DNA of 64,000 bases from an uncultured virus (IMG/VR IMGVR_UViG_3300032030_000052) (Duplodnaviria > Heunggongvirae > Uroviricota > Caudoviricetes): the IMG/VR virus record IMGVR_UViG_3300032030_000052. One strand, given 5' to 3'. Shown here one piece after another: positions 18,656 through 27,687 of this stretch. The notes below the pieces were generated by a model, which did not search any database, was not told the DNA's origin, and saw only the letters and a list, made by a program, of their open reading frames with translations. The translations under genes and the position numbers were made by a program. How positions within the stretch are numbered: position 1 is the stretch's first letter; each line of letters begins with the position of its first letter.

Positions 18656-19003
18656 TTAGTCATCAACCTCTTCTTCGTCTTCAGGCGGCTTGTAACTACG
18701 CATTGCTTCAATAGCGTCAGCGAACAACTCGGCGACTTGCTTCTCCGAATGGATCTGTTCGGTCTTAGCCTCGAGTAATGTGTTCTCTTTTCTGAGTCTT
18801 TCGGTCTCGAGTTGGTATTTTGAAGTGGCAAGCTTCAGGAAGTGGATGATCTCTTGACCCGTTGCCGTTCCGTCAATGAGACGCTGCTCTGCTCGCTCAA
18901 CTGCAAGGGCTATCAGCTGCTTCTCTCTGTCTTCAGGGTTGTCTGCTGGAATTATCTTTCGAGTAATCGGCGGATCTGGATTGTTTGCCTTGGACTTTGC
19001 CAC
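18656..19003 (-). CDS. terS: terminase small subunit (putative)
   Basis: PEDREKQLIALA...GTA..Q.I.HFLKL..AIEAMRSY; first gene of the packaging cluster. Confidence 0.7.
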   Translation of the reverse strand: MAKSKANNPDPPITRKIIPADNPEDREKQLIALAVERAEQRLIDGTATGQEIIHFLKLATSKYQLETERLRKENTLLEAKTEQIHSEKQVAELFADAIEAMRSYKPPEDEEEVDD

Positions 19004-19059
19004 ACTTTACATCTCCTTTCTAAGAGATTGTCCACACTTTCTCTTTGTTTTGTCATTGT

Positions 19060-19198
19060 TTTTCACATACTTTTCGGCTGGTGCGTGAGACATATACACG
19101 AAAGGAGAAAAGGCCCGGTGCTTCTACTTCGAAAGGAGGTATGGCTATATGGCTTAGCCTAGGGAGCAGACACGCACCAGCTGAAAAATATGTGAAAA
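19060..19198 (-). ncRNA. candidate structured RNA with anti-Shine-Dalgarno segments
   Basis: 28-bp inverted repeat 19060-19087/19171-19198 enclosing CCTCCTTTCG and TCTCCTTTCG. Confidence 0.5.
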
Positions 19199-19333
19199 CT
19201 GCCATGGGAAAAAGCGAAATGTTTTTTGGAAAATTTCCCCCGCGGGATTTTTGAAGATAGCTGCGATGAGGGAGGGGGTGTATTTTTCAGACCCCTCCCC
19301 CGGGTCACGGCAATTGTGCACCCGTCCTATGTT

Positions 19334-19603
19334 TTAGGACAGGATTTGTTCGTCAGCTCGAACTTTTCGATAAACGTTCATGAAATCAAGAGAAATAATT
19401 TCATCAATCGCACGTTCAATCTCAGCGTTGTTCTCTTCGTCAGTCAGTTGAGACGAAGTTCTTGCGATTCTTGCAAGATAGCCGCAAGAATTGTAACCGT
19501 GAGTTGAATCCCAAACAAACCACTCATTGAACTGAGTAAACGGCGAAAAAGGATTATCGAAAGTCGTCAACGCCACAGGTGCGCTGGAAACTCTTTCACT
19601 CAT
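19334..19603 (-). CDS. conserved hypothetical protein
   Basis: LTTFDNPFSPFTQFNEW...SCGYLARI. Confidence 0.75.
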   Translation of the reverse strand: MSERVSSAPVALTTFDNPFSPFTQFNEWFVWDSTHGYNSCGYLARIARTSSQLTDEENNAEIERAIDEIISLDFMNVYRKVRADEQILS

Positions 19604-19614
19604 TACAATTCACC

Positions 19615-22488
19615 TCAACTCTTCTTGAAATATTTATTCACTGTTGAAGTTGAAACTCCGACAGCTTTTGCGATTTCATCAACTGTGTATCCAGAATTTT
19701 TCATAGCTTCGATCTTGTTTTGCTTTGCTGTAGAGATCGTCGTAGTCTCACGAGGAGTCGCTCTTTCACGAAGCTTATCAAGATCTGTAGCTTTAAGTAT
19801 CGAATAAAGCTGATTCTCAGATATAGCACCCGCCTGGATAGCCTCCCACTCACGGTCGGATATCTCGATAGCGTGTCTTTGGGCACCCACTTGTAGTCTA
19901 GCCGTTGTAAGAGCCTGCTGAGCTGCTTTCTTCTTCTCCTTAGAGGTCATATCTGGATTCTCCTGCCTCTTAGCTTCCATAGTAGCGTTAGCCATTATCT
20001 GTGCTGCGCGTTCTCTGGGAGCATTAGCCTGTGCTATCTCAAGCTGATTGAGAAGATTCTTCCGCTCTTCGGCATATTTCTCCTTAGCCTCCTTGGAGTA
20101 CTGGATGCGCCCCGTGTTAACCATTTCAAGACGGGCTTTATTAGCCAAATCTTTCATGTAATTAGCATAGGATGCATAGAGTTCCTCTTGAGGTGTTCCA
20201 GAAGAGAGCTTACGGGCGTCTGTTTCCTCCGCCATGCGAGTTGAATCTTGCATGCGGACTTTCTCTTTGCCCTTTTTATCCGTATAAGTCTCGACAACGG
20301 ACTTATAAACGAGTGCGCCTTCAGGTTTTGTGGGATCATACCACTCTTTACCCTTCTGATTGACTTTCGGCGAGCCTTGACGCTTAAGAACTTGAACATC
20401 AGACGATGCTTTGGAGATCAGAGTCGATGCACCTTCGTGATAATCGCCATTTTCATCAAGATGTCCCTGATATTTCTTCTTGAGTTCAGCAATGGCATTA
20501 TCTTTCTCAGACTGTTTGTAATCCAGACCGTGTTTTGCGGCATCGATAACAACCATACTGTGACGAACAGCACGAGCGAGCTCCGCTTCTGTAGCACCTT
20601 TAAGAGTCATATCGGTAATTAGATTCGATACGATTCCCATTTGCATCTGTGTACTATCACCGCCGGTCTTAGGATTCTTCATAGGTTTGAATTCTTGACC
20701 ATTGCGGTAATAATGTTCAATGCCTTTGGCGTCTGTCTTGATCTCATCGTACTTGTAGGACTTAGAATCGAATCCCTCAAGTCCTTTGAGCGGCGGTGTA
20801 GAGTTAATCTTGATCTTGCTCTGTTCTGAATTGCACGGGACAACAAGAACTGTATCACCATCGAAGTCTGCTCCAGACAGACGCTCTGCTACTTTACTGC
20901 TAATACCAACAGCATCAGCAGCAGTCGGCGTGATTACACGTTTACCCTCTTTATTCTTGTTATTGACTTTGAGAATCGGGATCTCAAATGTTCCACCATG
21001 AGGAAATCTGATAAGAGCAACAGTCTCGCCGTCGTGGAATTGAGGAGCGAAGACCTCATTATCTTTGATGTCGGTAAGAGGAAGAATGACCTGATACTTC
21101 TGACGAGGGAGTGATGCTGCTTTCAAATGAACAGCGGCGGAATCGCAGTCATTGGCAAACGTCTCAAGCATGACTTTCTTCAATGTCGGATTCGTAAGAG
21201 ACGAGATCTCATCGAATTCCGCTTTCTTATCCATCTGAGACAGGGTAAGCTGTTTCTTGATAAGCTGAAGACTCTGCTTAGACAGGAACTGGGACGGAAG
21301 CTCTTTGCTCCATTCACCCCAGTCACCTTCGGTTCTGGTCTTATTGATAAGGCTAAGAGATTGAGCCTGACCGTCAGAACCGGTGAAACGACCATTGGGA
21401 TCGTCGTAATAGCTCTGACCGCCTCGTTCTTTAAGAAGCGCTCCGAACGGATTATCAGGATCAGATTTGATCTTCTTCAGAACTTCCATTTTAGGAGTGC
21501 TCTTATGCTTATTAGTGTTGAAGATAACATCGACACCATCAGGGAAGTCTTTAGGATCTCCGTAAACAGCCATTCCTTTGATGTAATGTGTTCCGTCGAC
21601 GAGAATTCGAACCTGAGCATATGCTGAATTACCAAGAGAAAGATCTTTTACACCTGGACGAAGCTCGACAACTCCGTCTTTCTTGATTCCACCATCTTCA
21701 GCATAGCGAATCTGCATTCTCTTACTATCCATAGATTCAGGATATTCGAATGCTTTCTTGAAAGTGTCTCCGCCATCATAGCTGATATAGTCTTTGACGG
21801 TGTGGATTTTGCTGGAGTCGTAAACTTCTTTGTACTCGGTATCTTTCGGGCACAACACCATGGTGATCGTCTGTCTACCCGGATTCGTGACCTGCGCAAC
21901 GCCACGAGTATAAATCGGATAGCCATCAGCTTCGAGAATGGCAAGAGCCTGACCGAACTTCTCTCTAGAAACGCCGAGTTCTCTCTCAACACCTTCGCCT
22001 ACGTCAAGCATTCCCTTTTCAGCGATGGTCTTCTTGAGAATATCAGCTGTTGCTTGAGCCGCGTTCATTCGCTTCTCAGAATTCTCATTGAGAAGAGATC
22101 GAACAGACGAGTCATTCTTGTAACCCATGATCCGAGCTATTTCATTGAGGCTCTTACCATCATCTCTCAGAGACTTAGCACGAGCGACTTCAAGAGAGCG
22201 GCGTTCACTCTTAGCAATTGCCTTATATGCTCTCAGCTGAGTTGTCGTGATCTCCTGACCATCAGGAAGCTCTTTGTTGATAGCATCGACAATCTGCTTC
22301 TCCGACAGACCTTTCTTATGAAGCTGCTCCACTCGAGACAAGAAGTCACCAGAGTGCTGATACGGGTTTTCACCGCTTCCCCATGGATAACGACCAGAAC
22401 GTCGCTTAATACCATAGTGTCTCAAATCAGTCGGCTCTTCAAGTTCATCGAATCGCCGTTTCTTAATAGCATCAGCTACGTGGTTCAT
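19615..22488 (-). CDS. putative single-chain two-barrel (YonO/RdRP-like) RNA polymerase with HTH domains
   Basis: QVRI...KGM, LIRFPH and LSGADFDGD motifs; N- and C-terminal HTH-like segments. Confidence 0.8.
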   Translation of the reverse strand: MNHVADAIKKRRFDELEEPTDLRHYGIKRRSGRYPWGSGENPYQHSGDFLSRVEQLHKKGLSEKQIVDAINKELPDGQEITTTQLRAYKAIAKSERRSLEVARAKSLRDDGKSLNEIARIMGYKNDSSVRSLLNENSEKRMNAAQATADILKKTIAEKGMLDVGEGVERELGVSREKFGQALAILEADGYPIYTRGVAQVTNPGRQTITMVLCPKDTEYKEVYDSSKIHTVKDYISYDGGDTFKKAFEYPESMDSKRMQIRYAEDGGIKKDGVVELRPGVKDLSLGNSAYAQVRILVDGTHYIKGMAVYGDPKDFPDGVDVIFNTNKHKSTPKMEVLKKIKSDPDNPFGALLKERGGQSYYDDPNGRFTGSDGQAQSLSLINKTRTEGDWGEWSKELPSQFLSKQSLQLIKKQLTLSQMDKKAEFDEISSLTNPTLKKVMLETFANDCDSAAVHLKAASLPRQKYQVILPLTDIKDNEVFAPQFHDGETVALIRFPHGGTFEIPILKVNNKNKEGKRVITPTAADAVGISSKVAERLSGADFDGDTVLVVPCNSEQSKIKINSTPPLKGLEGFDSKSYKYDEIKTDAKGIEHYYRNGQEFKPMKNPKTGGDSTQMQMGIVSNLITDMTLKGATEAELARAVRHSMVVIDAAKHGLDYKQSEKDNAIAELKKKYQGHLDENGDYHEGASTLISKASSDVQVLKRQGSPKVNQKGKEWYDPTKPEGALVYKSVVETYTDKKGKEKVRMQDSTRMAEETDARKLSSGTPQEELYASYANYMKDLANKARLEMVNTGRIQYSKEAKEKYAEERKNLLNQLEIAQANAPRERAAQIMANATMEAKRQENPDMTSKEKKKAAQQALTTARLQVGAQRHAIEISDREWEAIQAGAISENQLYSILKATDLDKLRERATPRETTTISTAKQNKIEAMKNSGYTVDEIAKAVGVSTSTVNKYFKKS

Positions 22489-22491
22489 GAC

Positions 22492-23172
22492 TTATTCCTC
22501 CTTCGCTCTTTGTCTCTCGGCTATCCGAGAAGTATTGATGATAATATCCATGATGTCTTTAATTTCGTCCGTATCAGGCTCGCAACCATTGATTTCACCA
22601 GACTGATAGATTCTCAGTTCCGTATGAATATCACGAGGTTTGATTTTATACTCGAGACAGAACAAGCCAGCGTACCCCATGAGCTGATCCATACTTGCAG
22701 GATGTGCTCCAGACTTGTAGTCGTGGATACGAAGATTGTTATCTCTGAATGAGATCGTATCAGCCGTTCCGAAACAGAATTCAGAATAATACAGAGGCTG
22801 CTCGACCTGCATCCGATTCTCGATACCATCGTTGATATACATCTTCGCGGTCTCGAATACTTCTTTCGGAAGATTACCGATACGCTTGAGAAGAGTCATA
22901 CCATACGGAGCAGTCTTTCCCTCTTCTCCGATACGATACTTCGTGTAGATGTAATTCTCAACACCCATGACCAGATTGCGAACGCTCGTAACTTTGTGAT
23001 TCATTACGATCTGACTCGCTACATACTCATGGAGTTCTGTTCCGAGAGCCGTTCGATACTGATTTCGAACTCGTTCAGCGATCTTTACATCGTCATACCG
23101 CATCCATGCATTCTGAGACGGACTGAACAATGCGTGCTGACCTCTAAGCTCGAAATGCTTTTGCCAAATCAT
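22492..23172 (-). CDS. PD-(D/E)xK exonuclease (Cas4/RecB-like)
   Basis: GTELH, EQPL..GTAD, IHDYKSG, QL..YA. Confidence 0.8.
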   Translation of the reverse strand: MIWQKHFELRGQHALFSPSQNAWMRYDDVKIAERVRNQYRTALGTELHEYVASQIVMNHKVTSVRNLVMGVENYIYTKYRIGEEGKTAPYGMTLLKRIGNLPKEVFETAKMYINDGIENRMQVEQPLYYSEFCFGTADTISFRDNNLRIHDYKSGAHPASMDQLMGYAGLFCLEYKIKPRDIHTELRIYQSGEINGCEPDTDEIKDIMDIIINTSRIAERQRAKEE

Positions 23173-23437
23173 GCAATACCTCCTCTACGTTTTCCGGACT
23201 GACGAAACGACTGAACGACATCTTGTCATAGAACTCAACCCAGTATTCTTGATTAGGCTGCTTATGAGCCGAACGCCATCGCTTGCATTCAAGCAGAGCC
23301 CACTTGTCACGCCATAAGACAAGCAGGTCCGGAACGCCCTGATGAACGTCCACCTTGAACACACGACAACCGGGAAGAACTTCAGCTAGTCGTTTCTTCA
23401 ATCCGTCCTGAAATTTCCCTTCAGGATTTCGTGCCAT
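23144..23437 (-). CDS. VRR-NUC-like nuclease / resolvase
   Basis: GVPDL...LECK...QPNQ. Confidence 0.8.
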   Translation of the reverse strand: MARNPEGKFQDGLKKRLAEVLPGCRVFKVDVHQGVPDLLVLWRDKWALLECKRWRSAHKQPNQEYWVEFYDKMSFSRFVSPENVEEVLHDLAKAFRA

Positions 23438-24021
23438 ACCTATTCTCCTTTCACGTTTTTCATTGAGATCATTCGCTATGATTTACCATCAACTGAAAAA
23501 CGAAAAGAGAAAGAGAGGTAAATTATACTCATTTCTGAGGACATTCTAACCTCTCTCCTCATAAAAGCGGATGTTTTTTTCGCGTACTGTCAGATTCTCA
23601 CCAGATTTCTTAAAGACCTCTCAATTAACATCAATGTTACCATGGTTGCCGTCTCTTTGACAAATCTGATTTCACGAATAATCTTTAACCCAGTAAAACA
23701 ATCCGAAAGTTTTAATATCTTAAAGATTATTGATATGAATCTTGCAGTACGCCATAAAACACCTCACTTACCATCAGCAATCACTTGGACTGCTTCTTCT
23801 GGTCTTCGCGTGTCTTCTTCGCACGCCGTCTTCTCTCAACACGGTTCTCACCATGCTTGAACTGACAGTCGCGCCAAGAATCGGGATCACGCTTGATCGC
23901 CCGAGTAATTGTTCTCGTCATACTTGCCATAGCTCTCACCTCCTTTCGCCATCGCATAATATTTGTTGTATTGAAACTGCAAACGAAAATATCTCCGTCA
24001 TGCAGACACAACCTTGTTGGA

Positions 24022-24234
24022 TTACTTCCATCGTCTTTTGGTTAGCCATACCTTTTGCTGAACATAGCTATAGACGAAGATCTCTCCGCTACGTGACCAT
24101 AGCTCGATGCAATCCGGAATTGCCTTATGGGGATACCAACGTAATATCGACTTCTCAAAATTTGGATATTTCTTCTTGAAGTCCTTATAATATTTTATTG
24201 GATTGTATTTTGGCGGACGTCCTCCAGCACCCAT
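24022..24234 (-). CDS. hypothetical protein
   Basis: MGAGGRPPKY start with GAGGTG RBS. Confidence 0.55.
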   Translation of the reverse strand: MGAGGRPPKYNPIKYYKDFKKKYPNFEKSILRWYPHKAIPDCIELWSRSGEIFVYSYVQQKVWLTKRRWK

Positions 24235-24249
24235 GTAAATCACCTCTTT

Positions 24250-24760
24250 TCGTGCTATTTTTGGGTATATTTTCAACCATGATTTTGACCCATTTTTTAG
24301 GCATTTTTTAGACCTCATTTTTACCCCTATTTTTAGCCCATTTTTGACCTATTTTTTAACCTCGAAAAATGGTCTGTGGACAAAAATTGAAAAAAACTCA
24401 TAAACTTTTTTTATTTAGAAATTTCTAAAATATCTTTTATATGAGTTTTTGCAAAAAAATGGTCAGAGGGCCAAAAAACCTAGGCGCCAGGCCAAAAACC
24501 CGTGACCACTTTTTTTTTCTGTGGACAAAAAAAATGGGCAGAAATGGTCATTTTTGTGATAATTGTGTGAAAATTGTGATAGTTTTGTGAAAATTAGTGT
24601 TCTGTGGCCAAAAATTTTTGTCCACAAAAACAAAAAGTGTCCACAGAATTTGCCATTTTTGGGGGTAAATTTTTCAATTTTTCGGGGACGATTTTTTAGC
24701 CCGATTTTGACCCCTTTTTACCCTTATTTTTGACCTCTTTTTTTGCCCCTATTTTTACTC
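24250..24760. other. putative replication origin
   Basis: Largely non-coding and AT-rich with A/T tracts; TTGTCCACA-like 9-mers at 24375, 24520, 24603, 24618 and 24637. Confidence 0.6.
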
Positions 24761-25014
24761 GATTTTCGGACTTCAAAGAGACCTCCAAAATCGACCCGTT
24801 CAAGCCTCATTTTCTCCCAAATTTCACCATTGAAATCGCGCTGAAGCCACTCATCATAAGCCATTGATTTTTCTTCTAAAGTGGCATCTGAACCGACTTT
24901 TTTCTCGATATAATGGCGAGCTACACGAACTATCAGGGGTAGTTCTGCGGGGTAAATACTCCTCGCATAATCCTGATTTGTCATGGTCTTAATTGCTGTA
25001 ACCTTGATTTCCAT
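24724..25014 (-). CDS. hypothetical protein
   Basis: ORF with GGAGG RBS. Confidence 0.6.
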   Translation of the reverse strand: MEIKVTAIKTMTNQDYARSIYPAELPLIVRVARHYIEKKVGSDATLEEKSMAYDEWLQRDFNGEIWEKMRLERVDFGGLFEVRKSSKNRGKKRGQK

Positions 25015-25160
25015 CGATTATTTCCTCCGTCTCTCACGTCCGTACCGCTCCTTACAAGAACCTTATAAGTGCCCTCAACGAGTCTAAACAGACCTTCAAC
25101 AGAGCCTCTATTCGACCCTAAATCAACCCTCAAAAGAAGCGTTACGGACGTGAAATAACC

Positions 25161-25526
25161 TCAAATATGGACGAAAGCAGCAGCGCTTTCCTTAGCTTTT
25201 TGAATGATTTCGATGGGCGCGTGACCCTCAAATTCAATCCAAATGTCGAGTAAATTGAGATTCGTTTTGAGCTCAACGTAAGCGTCATACCAGTAACCAT
25301 ACTTCTCAATCAGCTTATCTCGAACAATCAAAAGTGACGTATTTACGTTGTTTTTGAGGTCTTCGCCATTGATTATTCCGCGCTCATACAAGCCGATAAG
25401 AGTATGTGAGACGCCACAAAGTTCCCCAAGTTCTTCCTGTGAAATACCCAGAGCACGTCTCAAAGCCCTCATTTTATAGTGAAATTTATGGTCGTCAAAA
25501 CCGAATTTTTCAACGATTTTAGCCAT
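25161..25526 (-). CDS. XRE-family HTH regulator
   Basis: LRRALGISQEELGELCGVSHTLIGLYERG. Confidence 0.85.
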   Translation of the reverse strand: MAKIVEKFGFDDHKFHYKMRALRRALGISQEELGELCGVSHTLIGLYERGIINGEDLKNNVNTSLLIVRDKLIEKYGYWYDAYVELKTNLNLLDIWIEFEGHAPIEIIQKAKESAAAFVHI

Positions 25527-25530
25527 GGTC

Positions 25531-25872
25531 TCACTCCTTTTCGAAGTTGATTGGAGTGCCGAAAGTGCCTACTGAACCACTGCTATCGGTCGGTTTGAAC
25601 TCCTCTCCGGGCATCGGAAAGCGCCATCTGAACATCAAATAGTTGGCCGCATCGATCAAATGTTCAGTATTTTTGTCTTTTTTAAATGCATCGAGGCACA
25701 TTTCCGCCGTTTTTATGGCGTCAACCCGTCCTTCAGCGAAGTTTTTTCGTGCCGGACCGTATTTATGATACGAAATTTCCACGCGATGCTTCATTTCATT
25801 CACAAAAGCATCAGAAAATTCGCTCGAAAGCACGGAATTGAAGTTGTTGAGGTTGTCATAACGCTTATCCAT
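25531..25872 (-). CDS. hypothetical protein, possible all-alpha NTP pyrophosphatase fold
   Basis: HKYG...EHLIDAANYLMF. Confidence 0.55.
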   Translation of the reverse strand: MDKRYDNLNNFNSVLSSEFSDAFVNEMKHRVEISYHKYGPARKNFAEGRVDAIKTAEMCLDAFKKDKNTEHLIDAANYLMFRWRFPMPGEEFKPTDSSGSVGTFGTPINFEKE

Positions 25873-26221
25873 TGCCGTTTTCTCCTTCTTTTTCGATTTT
25901 TACAGGTGTAAAACTCCAGTAACCATGGCGATATTCACTCTCTGAGATGTTGAAATGCCGAATTCCACCAGTTTCTTGACAAATTTGCATCATATTGAGC
26001 ACTGTTCCGCCACATTCAAGCCCTTCTACCATGGCAAAATAGCTTCTTATGATATGAATTTGCTCATATTTGCCATCTTTTTCAATCGGCATCTTCACTT
26101 TCCACTCGTCGACCATGAAAAATCGACCAGTTTTGAAGTATTCAGAGTCAAATCTGAGCTGAATCGTCAGTCCCGGAACGGAATTTACCTCTGAAAGCAC
26201 CATGGACTCCTGTTTAGTCAT
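25865..26221 (-). CDS. hypothetical protein
   Basis: Coupled ORF with RBS. Confidence 0.6.
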   Translation of the reverse strand: MTKQESMVLSEVNSVPGLTIQLRFDSEYFKTGRFFMVDEWKVKMPIEKDGKYEQIHIIRSYFAMVEGLECGGTVLNMMQICQETGGIRHFNISESEYRHGYWSFTPVKIEKEGENGNG

Positions 26222-26397
26222 GCAAAATCACCTCTTTCAGCCTCTTCGTCTGCTTTTTCCCTCAACCAATCAAGTAAAGCTTCTTCTGAATCAGCTTTTC
26301 CGTCGATAATAGCACCTGCTTGTATCATATGTAGATAAATAGCGAGTTCGTCGTCAGATCTACTTCTTATCTATTCGCCATTTGTCACGTCTTCCAT
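26218..26397 (-). pseudogene. small ORF with in-frame TAG at codon 9
   Basis: MEDVTNGE*IRSRSDDELAIY...LLDWLREK; resembles 32105-32305. Confidence 0.6.
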
Positions 26398-26403
26398 CCC
26401 CTT

Positions 26404-26685
26404 TTAACCCTTAAAATGCTTTACTACATCAGTTGTGTTGATGATATCGTGCATACAATAGGTCTTTTCAGCTGCTGTGAGTATCGACTTAACCATTTCA
26501 CCCCGGTTAAAATCGATTTTTAAGCCATCCATGAGCTTCTCAGGCGTCGGAATCAGCCTTTTCATGTCGTGAGCATTGAGAATTCCCTTCTTTTTCAGCC
26601 TGTAACTCGGGTCATGACGTGCTGTAGCAGCCTGAATTCGAGCCATAATGCCCATTGCACGCTTTCTTGCATCAGTTCTGTCCAT
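26404..26685 (-). CDS. hypothetical protein
   Basis: Coupled ORF. Confidence 0.55.
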   Translation of the reverse strand: MDRTDARKRAMGIMARIQAATARHDPSYRLKKKGILNAHDMKRLIPTPEKLMDGLKIDFNRGEMVKSILTAAEKTYCMHDIINTTDVVKHFKG

Positions 26686-26927
26686 CAGTTTCCACCTCTT
26701 TCAGCTTCAAAATCCTTCAAAACCTTGCGATAACAGCCGTTACAGTGATGTTTTCTCACGCTCGGACAGTCATAACAAGGGTTTTTCTTGCGTTCTTTAG
26801 CGATTTTCCTCGTCTGGAACCGCCTTTTTATCCGTTTTTCAAGCCAATTCCGCAAAATCAGCGAGAAAATGAACAGTAAAATCGGTAATCCAATGAAAAT
26901 CAGCTCAATCCATGGGCTTTTGAACAC
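26685..26927 (-). CDS. small membrane protein with Cys cluster
   Basis: N-terminal TM helix; CxxC...CxxC. Confidence 0.55.
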   Translation of the reverse strand: MFKSPWIELIFIGLPILLFIFSLILRNWLEKRIKRRFQTRKIAKERKKNPCYDCPSVRKHHCNGCYRKVLKDFEAERGGN

Positions 26928-27109
26928 GTCACGTCCCTCCTTTTATCGCAACTGGAGGCTGCTGCACCGTAAATCGAGTTAATTCCCTTCTTTACAGTGC
27001 TGAGATTATACTGTCCGCTCTCCAGCGCTTCTGCTGTGTCAGTATCGCCTTTGTTGCGAAGCATAGCGATGATGTAATTGAGATGGTTTGCCTCTGACAT
27101 ATCTTTCAC
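26900..27109 (-). CDS. hypothetical protein
   Basis: Coupled ORF; KKGINSIYG resembles a PolB motif fragment. Confidence 0.5.
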   Translation of the reverse strand: MKDMSEANHLNYIIAMLRNKGDTDTAEALESGQYNLSTVKKGINSIYGAAASSCDKRRDVTCSKAHGLS

Positions 27110-27672
27110 CCTTTCACTTTGATCCCGTCATGCTGCAACCAGTCGAGAAAACTATTCGCTTTCCGTTTATACATGCCTACAACCATGGGTCCAGCTGGTC
27201 CGGGCTCGATTATATCCTGTCTTACATAATCAGTACCGCTCAGAACCTTTGTATAATACCGCAGAATCAACTGAGCACATACAATGGATTCTTCAGGACG
27301 ACTGTATGCAACATTTCTTCGATAGAGAGTACAATGGTTCTCGATTTTCTCGTTAAGTGTTGCCGGGATGTTGTTACGATTTCCAAGTGACATGTAACGG
27401 ACATAATCGTTCAACACAAGCTGTGCATCAGCGATGTCAATTACTTTGTCCATATTCCAGTCGTAATAATTACAAGTGTCACCATCAGGATAGAATCGAT
27501 AATGATAATAGCCGTCATAAACGCCATACGTGTCCTCATAAGCTTCCAAATACGCAATGTATTCTTTATCGTACTGTGTGATACTGCGTCTCTCTGCGCT
27601 TGCTGTAACGCTACAGAGCGATATAACCATGGTGATAATGATCGTAATGACCGATTTGATATAAGTCTTCAT
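27106..27672 (-). CDS. putative secreted protein
   Basis: Signal-peptide-like N-terminus ending ASA; RBS AGGAGG. Confidence 0.65.
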   Translation of the reverse strand: MKTYIKSVITIIITMVISLCSVTASAERRSITQYDKEYIAYLEAYEDTYGVYDGYYHYRFYPDGDTCNYYDWNMDKVIDIADAQLVLNDYVRYMSLGNRNNIPATLNEKIENHCTLYRRNVAYSRPEESIVCAQLILRYYTKVLSGTDYVRQDIIEPGPAGPMVVGMYKRKANSFLDWLQHDGIKVKG

Positions 27673-27687
27673 AAGTACACCTCCTAA

